Assembly (NCBI RefSeq): GCF_902713615.1
Contig: NC_052158.1
Coordinates: forward strand, 39,485,729-39,549,728
Length of the DNA: 64,000 bases
Origin: Scyliorhinus canicula
Taxonomy: Eukaryota
Reading direction: 5' to 3'
Both the position numbers and the translations under genes were made by a program. The notes below the pieces were generated by a model. It saw only the letters and a program-made list of their open reading frames with translations. It was not told the origin of the DNA and ran no database searches. Below, one piece after another: positions 37,301 through 50,290 of the stretch (its first letter is position 1; every line of letters starts with the position of its first letter).

Positions 37301-40300
37301 TGCAGTGTGAGTGAGTGGAGGGTGACAGAGTGCAGTGTGAGGGAGTGGAGGGTGAGAGTGCAGTGTGAGGGAGTGGAAGATGAGAGAGTGCACTGCGAGG
37401 GAGTGGAGGGTGAGTGAGTGCAGTGTAAGGGAGTGGAGGGTGAGAGAGTGCAGTGTGAGGGAGTGGAGGGTGGGAGAGTGCAGTGTGAGGGAGTGGAGGG
37501 TGAGAGAGTGCAGTGTGAGGGAGTGGAGGGTGAGTGAGTGCTCTGTGGGAGTGGAGGGTGGGAGAGTGCAGTGTGAGGGAGTGGAGGGTGAGAGAGAGCT
37601 GTGTGAGGGTGTGGAGGGTGAGAGTGCACTGTGAGGGAGTGAAGGGTGAGTGAGTGCAGTGCGACGGAGTGGAGGATGAGTGAGTGCAGTGTGAGGGAGT
37701 GGAGGGTGGGAGAGTGTACTGTGAGGGTGTGGAGTGTGGGAGAGTGCAGTGTGAGTGAGTGGAGGGTGAGAGAGTGCACTGTGAGGGAATGGAGGGTGGG
37801 AGAGTGCACTGTGAGGGAGTGGAGGGTGAGAGAGTGCAGTGTGTGGGAGTGGAGGGTGAGTGAGTGCAGTGAGGGAGATTGGAGGGTGAGAGAGTGCAGG
37901 GTGAGGGAGTGGAGGGTGAGTGAGTGCAGTGCGACGGAGTGGAGGATGAGTGAGTGCAGTGTGAGGGAGTGGAGGGTGGGAGAGTGCACTGTGAGGGAGT
38001 GGAGGGTGAGAGAGTGCAGTGTGTGGGAGTGGAGGGTGAGTGAGTGCAGTGAGGGAGATTGGAGGGTGAGAGAGTGCAGGGTGAGGGAGTGGAGGGTGAG
38101 TGAGTGCAGTGCGACGGAGTGGAGGATGAGTGAGTGCAGTGTGAGGGAGTGGAGGGTGGGAGAGTGCACTGTGAGGGAGTGGAAGGTGAGAGAGTGCAGT
38201 GTGAGGGAGTGGAGGGTGAGTGAGTGCAGTGAGGGAGATTGGAGGGTGAGAGAGTGCAGGGTGAGGGAGTGGAGGATGAGTGAGTGCAGTGTGAGGGAGT
38301 GGAGGGTGGGAGAGTGCACTGTGAGGGAGTGGAGGGTGAGCGATTTCACTCTGAGGGAGTGGAGGGTGAGAGAGTGCAGTGTGTGTGAGTGGAGGGTGAG
38401 AGAGTGCAGAGTGAGGGAGTGGAGGGTGAGAGAGTGCACTGCGAGGGAGTGGAGGGTGTGAGAGTGCAGTGTGAGGGAGTGGAGGGTGAGAGAGTACAGT
38501 GTGAGGGAGTGGAGGGTGAGAGAGTGCAGTGTGAGGGAGTGGAGGGTGAGAGAGTTCAGTGTGAGGGAGTGGAGGGTGAGCGAGTGCAGTGTGAGGGAGT
38601 GGAGGGTGAGAGAGTTCAGTGTGAGGGAGTGGAGGGTGAGTGAGTGCACTGTGAGGGAGTGGAGGGTGAGAGAGTGCAGTGTGAGGAGTGGAGGTGAGAG
38701 AGTGCACTGTGAGGGAGTGGAGGGTGAGCGAGTGGAGGGTGAGAGATTGCACTGTGAGGGAGTGGAGTGTGAGGCAGTGGAGTGTGAGGGAGTGGAGGGT
38801 GAGAGAGTGCAGTGTGAGGGAGTCGAGGATGAGAGAGTGCTTTGTGAGGGAGTGGACGGTGAGAGAGTGCAGTGTGAAGGAGTGGAGGGTGAGAGAGTGC
38901 AGTGTGAGGGAGTGGAGGGTGAGAGTGTGCAGTGTGAGGGAGTGGAGGGTGAGAGTGCACTGTGAGGGAGTGCAGGTGAGAGAGTGCACTGTGAGGGAGT
39001 GGAGTGTGAGAGAGTGGAGGGTGAGAGAGTGCAGTGTGCGGAGTGGAGGGTGAGCGAGTGCAGTGTGCGGAGTGGAGGGTGAGCGAGTGCAGTGTGAGGG
39101 AGTGGAGGTGAGAGAGTGCACTGTGAGGGAGTGGAGGGTGAGCGAGTGCAGTGTGCGGAGTGGAGGGTGAGAGTGCACTGTGAGGGAGTGGAGGGTGAGA
39201 GAGTGCAGTGTGAGGGAGTGGAGGGTGAGCGAGTGCAGTGTGAGGGTGGAGGGTGAGAGAGTGCACTGTGAGGGAGTGGAGGGTAGAGAGTGCACTGTGA
39301 GGGAGTGGAGGGAGAGAGTGCAGTGTGAGGGAGTGGAGGGTGAGCGTGCAGTGTGAGGGAGTGGAGGGTGAGAGAGTGCACTGTGAGGGAGTGGAGGTGA
39401 GAGTGCACTGTGAGGGAGTGGAGGGTGGAGAGTGCACTGCGAGGGAGTAGGGTGGAGAGTTCAGTGGTAGTGAGTGATGAGCGAGTGCACTGTGAGGGAG
39501 TGGAGGGTGAGAGAGTGCACTGTGAGGGAGTGGAAGGTGAGAGTGTGCACTGCGAGGGAGTGGAGTGTGGGAGAGTGCACTGTGAGGGTGTGGAGGGTGA
39601 GAGTGCTGTGTGAGGGAGTGAAGGGTGAGTGAGTGCAGTGCGACGGAGTGGAGGATGAGTGAGTGCAGTGTGAGGGAGTGGAGGGTGGGAGAGTGTACTG
39701 TGAGGGTGTGGAGTGTGGGAGAGTGCAGTGTGAGGGAGTGGAGGGTGAGAGAGTGCACTGTGAGTGAGTGGAGGGTGAGAGAGTGCACTGTGAGGGAATG
39801 GAGGGTGAGAGAGTGCATTGTGAGGGAATGGAGGGTGAGGGAGTGCAGTGTGAGGGAGTGGAGGGTGAGAGAGTGCACTGTGAGGGAATGGAGGGTGAGG
39901 GAGTGCAGTGTGAGGGAGTGGAGGGTGAGAGAGTGCAGTGTGAGGGAGTAGAGTGGGAGAGAGTGCACTGTGAGAGAGTGGAGGGTGAGAGAGTGCACTG
40001 TGAGGGTGGAGGGTGAGCGAGTGAAGTGTGAGGGAGTGGAGGGTGAGCAAGTGCAGTGAGGGTGTGGAGGGTGAGAGAGTGCACTGCGAGGGAGTGGAGG
40101 GTGAGCGATTTCACTCTGAGGGAGTGGAGGGTGAGAGAGTGCAGTGTGAGTGAGTGGAGGGTGAGAGAGTGCAGAGTGAGGGAGTGGAGGTGAGAGAGTG
40201 CACTGCGAGGGAGTGGAGGGTGTGAGAGTGCAGTGTGAGGGAGTGGAGGGTGAGAGAGTGCAGTGTGAGGGAGTGGAGGGTGAGAGAGTACAGTGTGAGG

Positions 40301-41640
40301 GAGTGGAGGGTGAGAGAGTGCAGTGTGAGGGAGTGGAGGGTGAGAGAGTGCAGTGCGAGGGAGTGGACGATGAGTGAGTGCAGTGTGAGGGAGTGGAGGG
40401 TGAGAGAGTGCAGTGTGACGGAGTGGAGCATGAGTGAGTGCACTGTGAGGGAGTGGAGGGTGAGAGAGTGCAGTGTGAGGGAGTGGAGGGTGAGAGAGTG
40501 CACTGTGAGGGAGTGGAGGGTGAGCGAGTGGAGGGTGAGAGATTGCACTGTGAGGGAGTGGAGTGTGAGGCAGTGGAGTGTGAGGGAGTGGAGGGTGAGA
40601 GAGTGCAGTGTGAGGGAGTCGAGGATGAGAGAGTGCTTTGTGAGGGAGTGGACGGTGAGAGAGTGCATTGTGAGGGAGTGCAGGGTGAGAGTGTGCAGTG
40701 TGAGGGAGTGGAGGGTGAGAGTGCACTGTGAGGGAGTGGAGGGTGAGAGAGTGCACTGTGAGGGAGTGGAGGGTGAGAGAGTGCACTGTGAGGGAGTGGA
40801 GTGTGAGAGAGTGGAGGGTGAGAGAGTGCAGTGTGCGGAGTGGAGGGTGAGAGAGTGCACTGTGAGGGAGTGGAGGGTGAGAGAGTACACTGTGCGGGAG
40901 TGGAGGGTGAGCGAGTGCAGTGTGCGGAGTGGAGGGTGAGAGAGTGCACTGTGAGGGAGTGGAGTGTGAGAGAGTGGAGGGTGAGAGAGTGCAGTGTGCG
41001 GAGTGGAGGGTGAGAGAGTGCACTGTGAGGGAGTGGAGGGTGAGAGAGTACACTGTGAGGGAGTGGAGGGTGAGCGAGTGCAGTGTGTGGGAGTGGAGGG
41101 TGAGAGAGGCAGTGTGAGGGAGTGGAGGGTGGGAGAGTGCAGTGTGAGGGAGTGGAGGGTGAGAGTGTGCGGAGTGGAGGGTGAGAGTGTGCAGTGTGCG
41201 GAGTGGAGGGTGAGAGTGTGCAGTGTGAGGGAGTGGGGGGTGAGAGTACACTGTGAGGGAGTGGAGGGTGAGCGAGTGCACTGTGAGGGAGTGGAGGGTG
41301 AGAGAGTGCACTGTGAGGGAGTGGAGGGTGAGTGAGTGCAGTGTGAGGGTACACTGTGAGAGAGTGCAGTGTGAGGGATTGGAGTGAGAGCGAGTGCATT
41401 GTGAGGGAGTGGAGGGTGAGAGAGTGCACTGTGAGAGAGTGGAGGGTGAGCGAGTGCACTGTGAGGGAGTGGAGGGTGAGAGAGTGCACTGTGAGGGAGT
41501 GGAGGGTGAGAGAGTGCACTGTGAGGGAGTGGAGGGTGAGAGAGTGCACTGTGAGGGAGTGGAGGGTGAGAGAGTGCAGTGTGAGGGAGTGGAGGGTGAG
41601 AGAGTGCAGTGTGAGGGAGTGGAGGGTGAGAGAGTGAAGT
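34399..41640. repeat. 30-bp G/purine-rich minisatellite, about 240 copies, degenerating toward 42000
   Basis: Unit GTGAGGGAGTGGAGGGTGAGAGAGTGCA(C/G)T; 180-bp higher-order blocks visible at 37921 and 38101. Confidence 0.97.
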
Positions 41641-42246
41641 GCGAAGGACCTGGATGGTGAGGGAGGGGTGGCTGAGGGAATTTGGGGTGGAGTGGAGGGT
41701 TAGAGAGTGGAGGCAAGGGAATGGACGTTGAAGGAATGGAGGGTGAGGAAGTGGTGGATGATGGAGTGGATAGTAAGAGAGTGGAGGGTGAGGGAGTGGA
41801 GGGCAAGGGAGTCAAGGGCGAGGAAAAGTGAGGGAAAGAGTCGAAGAGGAAGCAGTGGAGGGTGTGGGAATGGAGAGTGAGGAAGTAGAGGATGAGGGAG
41901 TGCTGGGTGTTGGAGTGGACAGTGAGAGGGTAGAGGGTGAGTGAGTGGAGGGTTATGGAGATGGAGTGAAGGTGGAGAGAGTAGAGGCTGAGGGAGAGAG
42001 CTAAGATGATGAGAAATGTCTTCTCTCTGATATTTGTGAATCTTTGGAACTGTTTCTCCAACTGATTCTGGATGATCAGGCAGTGAGAACGGTCCGCACT
42101 GGGATCCAGCGATTCTGGAGCACTGAGGGGCAGCAAGGAAACTGGGAATGATGTAGTAAAGAAGAATTGGAATCGAGTTGAAGCAAAATCCCTGAAAATC
42201 ACTGAAGGAAACCATTCTGCCCATCTAGCTGTGCTGCCCCTTTGAG

Positions 42247-45200
42247 AGAACATAAGAACATAAGAACATAAGAACTAGGAGCAGGAGTAGGCCATCTGGC
42301 ACCTCGAGCCTGCTCCGCCATTCAATTAGATCATGGCTGATCTTTTGTGGACTCAGCTCCACTTTCCGGCCCGAACACCATAACCCTTAATCCCTTTATT
42401 CTTCAAAAAACTATCTATCTTTACCTTAAAAACATGTAATGAAGGAGCCTCAACTGCTTCACTGGGCAAGGAATTCCATAGATTCACAACCCTTTGGGTG
42501 AAGAAGTTCCTCCTAAACTCAGTTCTAAATCTACTTCCCCTTATTTTGAGGCTATGCCCCCTAGTTCTGCTGTCACCCGCCAGTGGAAACAACCTGCCCG
42601 CATCTATCCTATCTATTCCCTTCATAATTTTAAATGTTTCTATAAGATCCCCCCTCATCCTTCTAAATTCCAACGAGTACAGTCCCAGTCTACTCAACCT
42701 CTCCTCATAATCCAACCCCTTCAGCTCTGGGATTAACCTAGTGAATCTCCTCTGCACACCCTCCAGCGCCAGTATGTCCTTTCTCAAGTAAGGAGACCAA
42801 AACTAAACACAATACTCCAGGTGTGGCCGCACTAACACCTTATACAATTGCAACATAACCTCCCTAGTCTTAAACTCCATCCCTCTAGCAATGAAGGACA
42901 AAATTCCATTTGCCTTCTTAATCACCTGTTGCACTTGTAAACCAACCTTCTGTGACTCATGCACTAGCACACCCAAGTCTCTCTGAACAGCGGCATGCTT
43001 TAATATTTTATCGTTTAAATAATAATCCCGTTTGCTGTTATTCCTACCAAAATGGATAACCTCACATTTGTCAACATTCTATTCCATCTGCCAGACCCGA
43101 GCCCATTCACTTAACCTATCCAAATCCCTCTGCAGACTTCCAGTATCCTCTGCACTTTTCGCTTTACCACTCATCTTAGTGTCATCTGCAAACTTGGACA
43201 CATTGCCCTTGGTCCCCAACTCCAAATCATCAATGTAAATTGTGAACAATTGTGGGCCCAACACGGATCCCTGAGGGACACCACTAGCTACTGATTGCCA
43301 ACCAGAGAAACACCCATTTATCCCAACTCTTTGCTTTCTATTAATTAACCAATCCTCTATCCATGCTACTACTTTACCCTTAATGCCATGCATCTTTATC
43401 TTATGCAGCAACCTTTTGTGTGGCACCTTGTCAAAGGCTTTCTGGAAATCCAGATATACCATATCCATCGGCTCCCCGTTATCTACTGCACTGGTAATGT
43501 CCTCAAAAAATTCCACTAAATTAGTTAGGCACGACCTGCCTTTTACGAACCCATGCTGCGTCTGCCCAATGGGACAATTTCTATCCAGATGCCTCGCAAT
43601 TTCTTCCTTGATGATAGATTCCAGCATCTTCCCTATTACCGAAGTTAAACTCACTGGCCTATAATTTCCTGCTTTCTGCCTACCTCCTTTTTTAAACAGT
43701 GGCGTCACGTTTGCTAATTTCCAATCCACCGGGACCACCCCAGAGTCTAGTGAATTTCGGTAAATTATCACTAGTGCATCTGCAATTTCCCTAGCCATCT
43801 CTTTTAGCACTCTGGGATGCATTCCATCAGGGCCAGGAGACTTGTCTACCTTTAGCCCCATTAGCTTGCCCATCACTCCCTCCTTAGTGATAACAATCCT
43901 CTCAAGGTCCTCACCTGTCATAGCCTCATTTCTATCAGTCGCTGGCATGTTATTTGTGTCTTCCACTGTGAAGACCGACCCAAAAAACCTGTTCAGTTCC
44001 TCAGCCATTTCCTCATTTCCCATTATTAAAACTCCCTTCTCATCCTCTAAAGGACCAATATTTACCTTAGCCACTGTTTTTTGTCTTATATATTTGTAAA
44101 AACTTTTACTGTCTGTTTTTATATTCTGAGCAAGTTTACTCTCATACTCTATCTTACTCTTCTTTATAGCTTTTTTAGTAGCTTTCTGTTGCCCCCTAAA
44201 GATTTCCCAGTCCTCTAATCTCCCAGCAATCTTTGCCACTTTATATGATTTTTCCTTCAATTTGATACTCTCCCTTATTTCCTTAGATATCCACGGTCGA
44301 TTTTCCCTCTTTCTTCCGTCCTTCCTTTTTGTTGGTATAAACCTTTGCTGAGCACTGTGAAAAATCGCTTGGAAGGTTCTCCACTGTTCCTCAACTGTTC
44401 CACCATAAAGTCTTAGCTCCCAGTCTACCTTAGCTAGTTCTTCTCTCATCCCCTTGTAATCTCCTTTGTTTAAACACAAAACACTAGTATTTGATTTTAC
44501 TTTCTCACCCTCCATCTGTATTTTAAATTCCACCATATTGTGATCGCTCCTTCCGAGAGGATCCCTAACTATGAGATCATGAATCAATCCTGTCTCATTA
44601 CACAGGACAAGATCTAGGACCGCTTGTTCCCTCGTAGGTTCCATTACATACTGTTCTAAGAAACTATCGCGGATACATTCTATAAACTCCTCCTCACGGT
44701 TGCCTTGACCGACCTGGTTAAACCAATCGACATGTAGATTAAAATCCCCCATGATAACTGCTGTACCATTTCTACATGCATCAGTTATTTCTTTGTTTAT
44801 TGCCTGCCCCACCATAACGTTACTATTTGGTGGCCGATAGACTACTCCTATCAGTGACTTTTTCGTCTTACTATTCCTGATTTCCACCCAAATGGATTCA
44901 ACCTTATCCTCCATAGCACCGATTTCATCCCTTACTATTGCCCGGATGTCATCCTTAAATAACAGAGCAACACCACCTCCCTTACCATCCACTCTGTCCT
45001 TCCGAATAGTTTGATACCCTCGGATATTTAACTCCCAGTCGTGACCATCCTTTAACCATGTTTCAGTAATGGCCACTAAATCATAGTCATTTACGATGAT
45101 TTGTGCCACCAACTCATTTACTTTATTCCGAATACTACGAGCATTCAGGTAAAGTACACTTATGTTGGTTTTTTTACCTCTGTTTTGAATCTTAACATCT

Positions 45201-46335
45201 CCAGTTTTATTCCTTTTGTTATTACTGGGCCTATTCACTGTGCTCCCCTCAGTCACTGTACCTTGTACTGTCGCCCTTATGGATTTCTGACTATGTCTTC
45301 TCTGCCTTGCACTTTTCCCCTTACTTCCTTTTGTTTCTGTCCCTGTTTTACTACCTTCCAACTTCCAGCATTGGTTCCCATCCCCCTGCCACATTAGTTT
45401 AAACCCTCCCCAACAGCTCTAGAAAACACCCCCCCTAGGACATCGGTTCCAGTCCTGCCCAAGTGCAGACTGTCCGGTTTGTACTGGTCCCACCTCCCCC
45501 AGAACCGGTCCCAATGCCCCAGGAATTTGAATCCCTCCCTCTTGCACCATCTCTCGAGCCACGCATTCATCCTATCTATCCTGACATTCCTACTCTGACT
45601 CGCTCGTGGCACTGGTAGCAATCCTGAGATTACTACCTTTGAGGTCCTACTTTTTAGTTTAACTCCTAACTCCCTGAATTCCGCTTGTAGGACCTCATCC
45701 CGTTTTTTACCTATATCGTTGGTGCCTATGTGCACCACGACAGCTGGCTGTTCACCCTCCCCCCCCCAGAATGTCCTGCAGCCGCTCCGAGAAATCCTTG
45801 ACCCTTGCACCAGGGAGGCAACATACCATCCTGGAGTCTCGATTGCGTCCACAGAACCGCCTGTCTATTCCCCTTACGATCGAGTCCCCTATCACTATAG
45901 CCCTGCCATTTTTCTTCCTGCCCTGCTGTGCAGCAGAGCCAGCCACGGTGCCATGAACCTGGCTGCTGCTGCCTTCCCCTGGTGAGCCATCTCCCTCAAC
46001 AGTATCCAAAGCGGTGTATCTGTTTTGCAGGGAGATGACCGCAGGGGACACCTGCACTGCCTTCCTACTCTTGCTCTTTCTTTTGGTCACCCATTTTCTA
46101 TCTCCCTCAGTAACCTTCACCTGCGGTGTGACCAACTCGCTAAACGTGCTATCCACGACCTCCTCAGCATCGCGGATGCTCCAAAGTGAGTCCATCCGCA
46201 GCTCCAGAGCCGTCAAGCGGTCTAACAAGAGCTGCAACTGAACACACTTCTTGCACGTGAAGGAGCCAGGGACAGTGGACGTGTCCCTGAGCTCCCACAT
46301 CGCACACGAGGAGCATGACACGGGTCTGGGATCTC
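42247..46335 (-). mobile_element. Near full-length CR1 LINE (ORF1 zinc-finger/SGNH esterase, ORF2 APE endonuclease + RT), 5'UTR missing, inactivated
   Basis: ORF1 SCSSCAMW...CKKC, IGDSIVRG, VHIGTNDI. ORF2 YLNARS, AITETWL, GDFN, SDH, YLDFQKAFDKVPH, FADD. Nonsense TAG at 43081-43079 and 42805-42803; ORF1 frameshift at C-run 45759-45767; (TTCTTATG)3 tail. Confidence 0.96.
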
Positions 46336-46974
46336 ATCATGCTTTGTCCCAGATTCTCACTTTTTGTCTTTATCCCTGTGAGTTCCTCATCTTCAATATC
46401 TGTTCAACTCCCTTTTAATATTATTGATGGAATCAGCTTCCACCACATTGCCAGCTGTAACATTCCACATCCCCACATTCCCAGAGTGAAAAACTTTTCT
46501 CCTCTTCTCCTCTCAGGATCAATGATTGGAAATCTATAACCGCGAGTTATTGATCACTCACCAGAAAGAATCATTTTTCTCCATCTCATCTACAAAAACC
46601 TATCATCACCCAGAAACCCTCAATTCAATTTCCTCTTCACCTTCTCTGTTCCCAGGAGAACAGTTTCCAATCTCCCTGTTACTGTTGAGATTCAGTCAGG
46701 TTGTTACTGAGGGTGGAATATGGCCCCTTCCTGCTGCTATTTCTAATCTTCATGGCCCTGACTCTGGGAGTAGAGGGTGAGGCAGTGAGGGGTGAGGGAG
46801 TGAAGGGTCAGAGAGTGGATGATGAGAGAATGGAGGGTGAGGGATCAAAGGGTGAGGGATCGGAGGCTGAAGGTGCCCCCTGTTTAAGCCCTGAGTTACT
46901 CGCAGGAGAATGTAATTCGACAATTTTCAATCCCGTCTCTTTAATTCCCAACAATCTGTCCCTCAGTCACTTAC

Positions 46975-47007
46975 TGTGAGCTGTTGTGTAGATCACACTC
47001 GGTGAAT
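46975..47007 (-). CDS. MHC class I-like gene, first cytoplasmic exon (33 nt; D-SPSVIYTTAH)
   Basis: TTTTACTTCTGCAG acceptor, GTAAGT donor, phase 1/1; 33-nt Tyr-containing exon as in classical class I exon 6. Confidence 0.82.
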
Positions 47008-47327
47008 CTGCAGAAGTAAAATAAATGTCAGTTAGAATGGGGAATAATCCATTATCAGAGAGTGAGAACACAACAAGTGTGAGGGAATGGAGATTGTGTG
47101 AGAAATACTCATTCCCACACTCCCCTCCATCCTTACACTTTATGGAGATCCATTAGATCTCTGCCATGCCATCCATATTCAGTAGGTGAGGATGTGAGTG
47201 TGTGTGGTGGGTTTAATGATCAATATTAGACCTGGTCTGGGCTGATCACACAAAGGAAGATCAGACAGGGAACAAGATGTGTTTATACGTGTATCTGTGT
47301 GTGGGAATTAAATCAGTTCATTCAACA

Positions 47328-48860
47328 CAGTGTCCTGTACTCCCAGTACTGGGGATTCCCCCACACTCACTCTCTCCCCTCAGTTCTACATTCCCCTCTC
47401 TCTCCCCTCTCAGTGTCCTGTACTCCCAGTACTGGGGATTCTCCCCCACTCACTCTGTCCCCTCAGTTCTACATTCCCCTCTCTCTCTCTCTCTCCCCTC
47501 TCAGTGTCCTGTACTCCCAGTACTGGGGATTCCCCCACACTCACTCTGTCCCCTCAGTTCTACATTCCCCTCCCTCTCCCCTCTCAATGTCCTGTACTCC
47601 CAGTACTGGGGATTTCCCCACACTCACTCTGTCCCCTCAGTTCTACATTCCCCTCTCTCTCTCTCTAGCCCCTCTCAGTGTCCTGTACTCCCAGTACTGG
47701 GGATTCCCCCACACTCACTCTGTCCCCTCAGTTCTACATTCCCCTCTCTCTCCCCTCTCAGTGTCCTGTACTCCCAGTACTGGGGATTCCCCCCACACTC
47801 ACTCTGTCCCCTCAGTTCTACATTCCCCTCTCTCTCCCCTCTCAGTGTCCTGTACGCCCAGTACTGGGGATTCCCCCACACTCACTCTGTCCCCTCAGTT
47901 CTACATTCCCCTCTCTCTCCCCTCTCAGTGTCCTGTACTCCCAGTACTGGGGATTCCCCCCACACTCACTCTGTCCCCTCAGTTCTACATTCCCCTCTCT
48001 CTCCCCTCTCAGTGTCCTGTACTCCCAGTACTGGGGATTCCCCCACACTCACTCTGTCCCCTCAGTTCTACATTCCCCTCTCTCTCTCCCCTCTCAGTGC
48101 CCTGTACTCCCAGTACTGGGGATTCCCCCCACACTCACTCTGTCCCCTCAGTTCTACATTCCCCTCTCTCTCTCTCTCCCCTCTCAGTGTCCTGTACGCC
48201 CAGTACTGGGGATTCCCCCCACACTCACTCTGTCCCCTCAGTTCTACATTCCCCTCTCTCTCTCTCTCCCCTCTCAGTGTCCTGTACTCCCAGTACTGGG
48301 GATTCCCCCACACTCACTCTGTCCCCTCAGTTCTACATTCCCCTCTCTCTCTCTCTCCCCTCTCAGTGTCCTGTACTCCCAGTACTGGGGATTCCGCCCA
48401 CACTCACTCTGTCCCCTCAGTTCTACATTCCCCTCTCTCTCTCTCCCCTCTCAGTGTCCTGTACTCCCAGTACTGGGGATTCACCCATACTCACTCTGTC
48501 CCCTCAGTTCTACATTCCCCTCTCTCTCTCCTCTCAGTGTCCTGTACTCCCAGTACTGGGGATCCCCCCACACTCACTCTGTCCCCTCAGTTCTACATTC
48601 CCCTCTCTCTCCTCTCTCAGTGTCCTGTACTCCCAGTACTGGGGATTCCCCCCACACTCACTCTGTCCCCTCAGTTCTACATTCCCCTCTCTCTCCCCTC
48701 TCGGTGTACTGTACTCCCAGTACTGGGGATTCCCCCACACTCACTCTGTCCCCTCAGTTCTACATTCCCCTCTCTCTCCCCTCTCAGTGTCCTGTACTCC
48801 CAGTACTGGGAATCCCTCCACACTCACTCTGTCCCCTCAGTTCCACATTCCCCTCTCTCT
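47328..48860 (-). repeat. ~83-bp minisatellite, about 18 copies, in the TM-cytoplasmic intron
   Basis: Same unit as 27590-28413; begins about 10 nt after the TM donor. Confidence 0.97.
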
Positions 48861-48869
48861 GATACTTAC

Positions 48870-48989
48870 CTCTCTGATGTCTTTTCCAGATGATTATTCC
48901 AATTATTCCGAACATAACAGCCAGTACAATGATGACTGATCCAATTATAATTTCAAGATGGGTGCGTCCCCCACTGTTTCCTGGGAATT
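48870..48989 (-). CDS. MHC class I-like gene, connecting peptide/transmembrane exon (120 nt)
   Basis: ATCTGTTTCAG acceptor, GTAAGT donor, phase 1/1; E-FPGNSGGRTHLEIIIGSVIIVLAVMFGIIGIIIWKRHQR (hydrophobic span followed by a basic stop-transfer). Confidence 0.9.
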
Positions 48990-49288
48990 CTGAAACAGAT
49001 GTGAATAATATGAGGATTGTCTCTCTCTTCCCGGATCCATTCCCAGTTCTGTGTTAATTGGGGACAATTTGAACTGAAGCCGCCCATTGGGAATTGATGG
49101 GATTGGTGGGAACGTTGGTTGTACACTCGCCCGATTTCACTCTCCAGTGAAGTCACTAAAGATTCCCATTGATGGGGGTGTCAAAGCCGTGTTTTCCCAA
49201 TCCCGTGGGTTACCTTCCCGGCCAGTTCAGTTCTAATTCTCCCCAATGTCTCTGTGTCCTGTCCTTGCTCAATCTCCAGGGTTACATT

Positions 49289-50024
49289 GGGCCGGATTCT
49301 CCCCTACCCAGCGGGGCGGGGGGCCCCGGTGTATTGGAGTGGCATCAACCACTCCGGCATCGAGCCTCCCCAAAGGGGCGGGATTCTCCCCTACCCAGCG
49401 GGACGGGGGGCCCCGGTGTATTGGAGTGGCATCAACCACTCCGGCATCGAGCCTCCCCAAAGGTGCAGAATTCCAATGGCCCGCGCCGGAGTGGTTGGCG
49501 CCCCGCTGGCCGGCACGGACGGCCTTTGGTGCACCGGCAGCTGGGGCCAAAAGGCCTTTGCCGGCCGCTGTAAGTCCACGCATGCGCCGGAGCGTCAACG
49601 GCTGCTGACGTCATACCGGCACATGCGCAGGGGAGGGGGTCTCTTCCGCCTCCGCCATGGTGAAAGCCATGGTTGGGGCGGAAGAAGAAGAGGTGGGCCC
49701 CGATCATGGGCCATGCCACCGTGGGGGCATCCCCCGGGGTCAGATCACCCCCCTCCCCCCAGGACCCCGGAGCCCGCCCTGCGCCGCCAATCCCGCCGGT
49801 ACCAGAGGTGGTTTAAACCACGTCGGCGGGAAAGGCCTGTCAGTGGCAAGACTTCGGCCCATCGCGGGCTGGAGAATCGCCGCGGGGTGCCCGCCGACCG
49901 GCGCGGCACAATTCCCACCCACGCCAAATCTCGGGGGGCAGACAATTCGGAACACGGAGGGGGTGGGATTGACGCCGGCCCTTGGTGATTCTCCGAACCC
50001 CTGGGGGGTTGGAGAATTCCGCCT
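49289..50024. mobile_element. PIF/Harbinger-type MITE with 3-bp TSD
   Basis: ATT|GGGCCGGATTCTCC...GGAGAATTCCGCCT|ATT; the left 87 bp is tandemly duplicated. Confidence 0.8.
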
Positions 50025-50290
50025 ATTGTACGGCCCAGGATGCAGCATCACTGATGGGTTTTCACATCAAACTTCAAAGGGATGAGGAATAAACTGACCA
50101 CAGGAAACTGGGCTGAGCTGATAATGAGGAAAACAACAGAGAAACAGAACAAACGCTTCAAAAGAAGCACTAGGTGCAATCCAACACAGAACTTAGTCCT
50201 AATCGACTGCAGTGAAGCCACCATGGACAACTCATGGAATAAGTGAGAGAATCCATCACAAATGTCCAGAGATTGAGTTCCAGACACTTA

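Noticed and set aside
42001-42240. Unique segment with AG acceptors as a candidate cytoplasmic exon
   Set aside because: No convincing donor or class I-like peptide; the 36-nt exon at 34266-34231 has much better signals.
34345-42253. Very long ORFs (up to 1901 aa) rich in HSLTL, PPLPH or REWRV repeats
   Set aside because: They arise because the 30-bp unit lacks stop codons in several frames. They are open in many frames on both strands, and lie within an intron.
47277-48939. 538/546-aa ORFs, and equivalents at 27491-28476
   Set aside because: Translations of the ~83-bp array; the real coding segment is the 120-nt TM exon on the minus strand.
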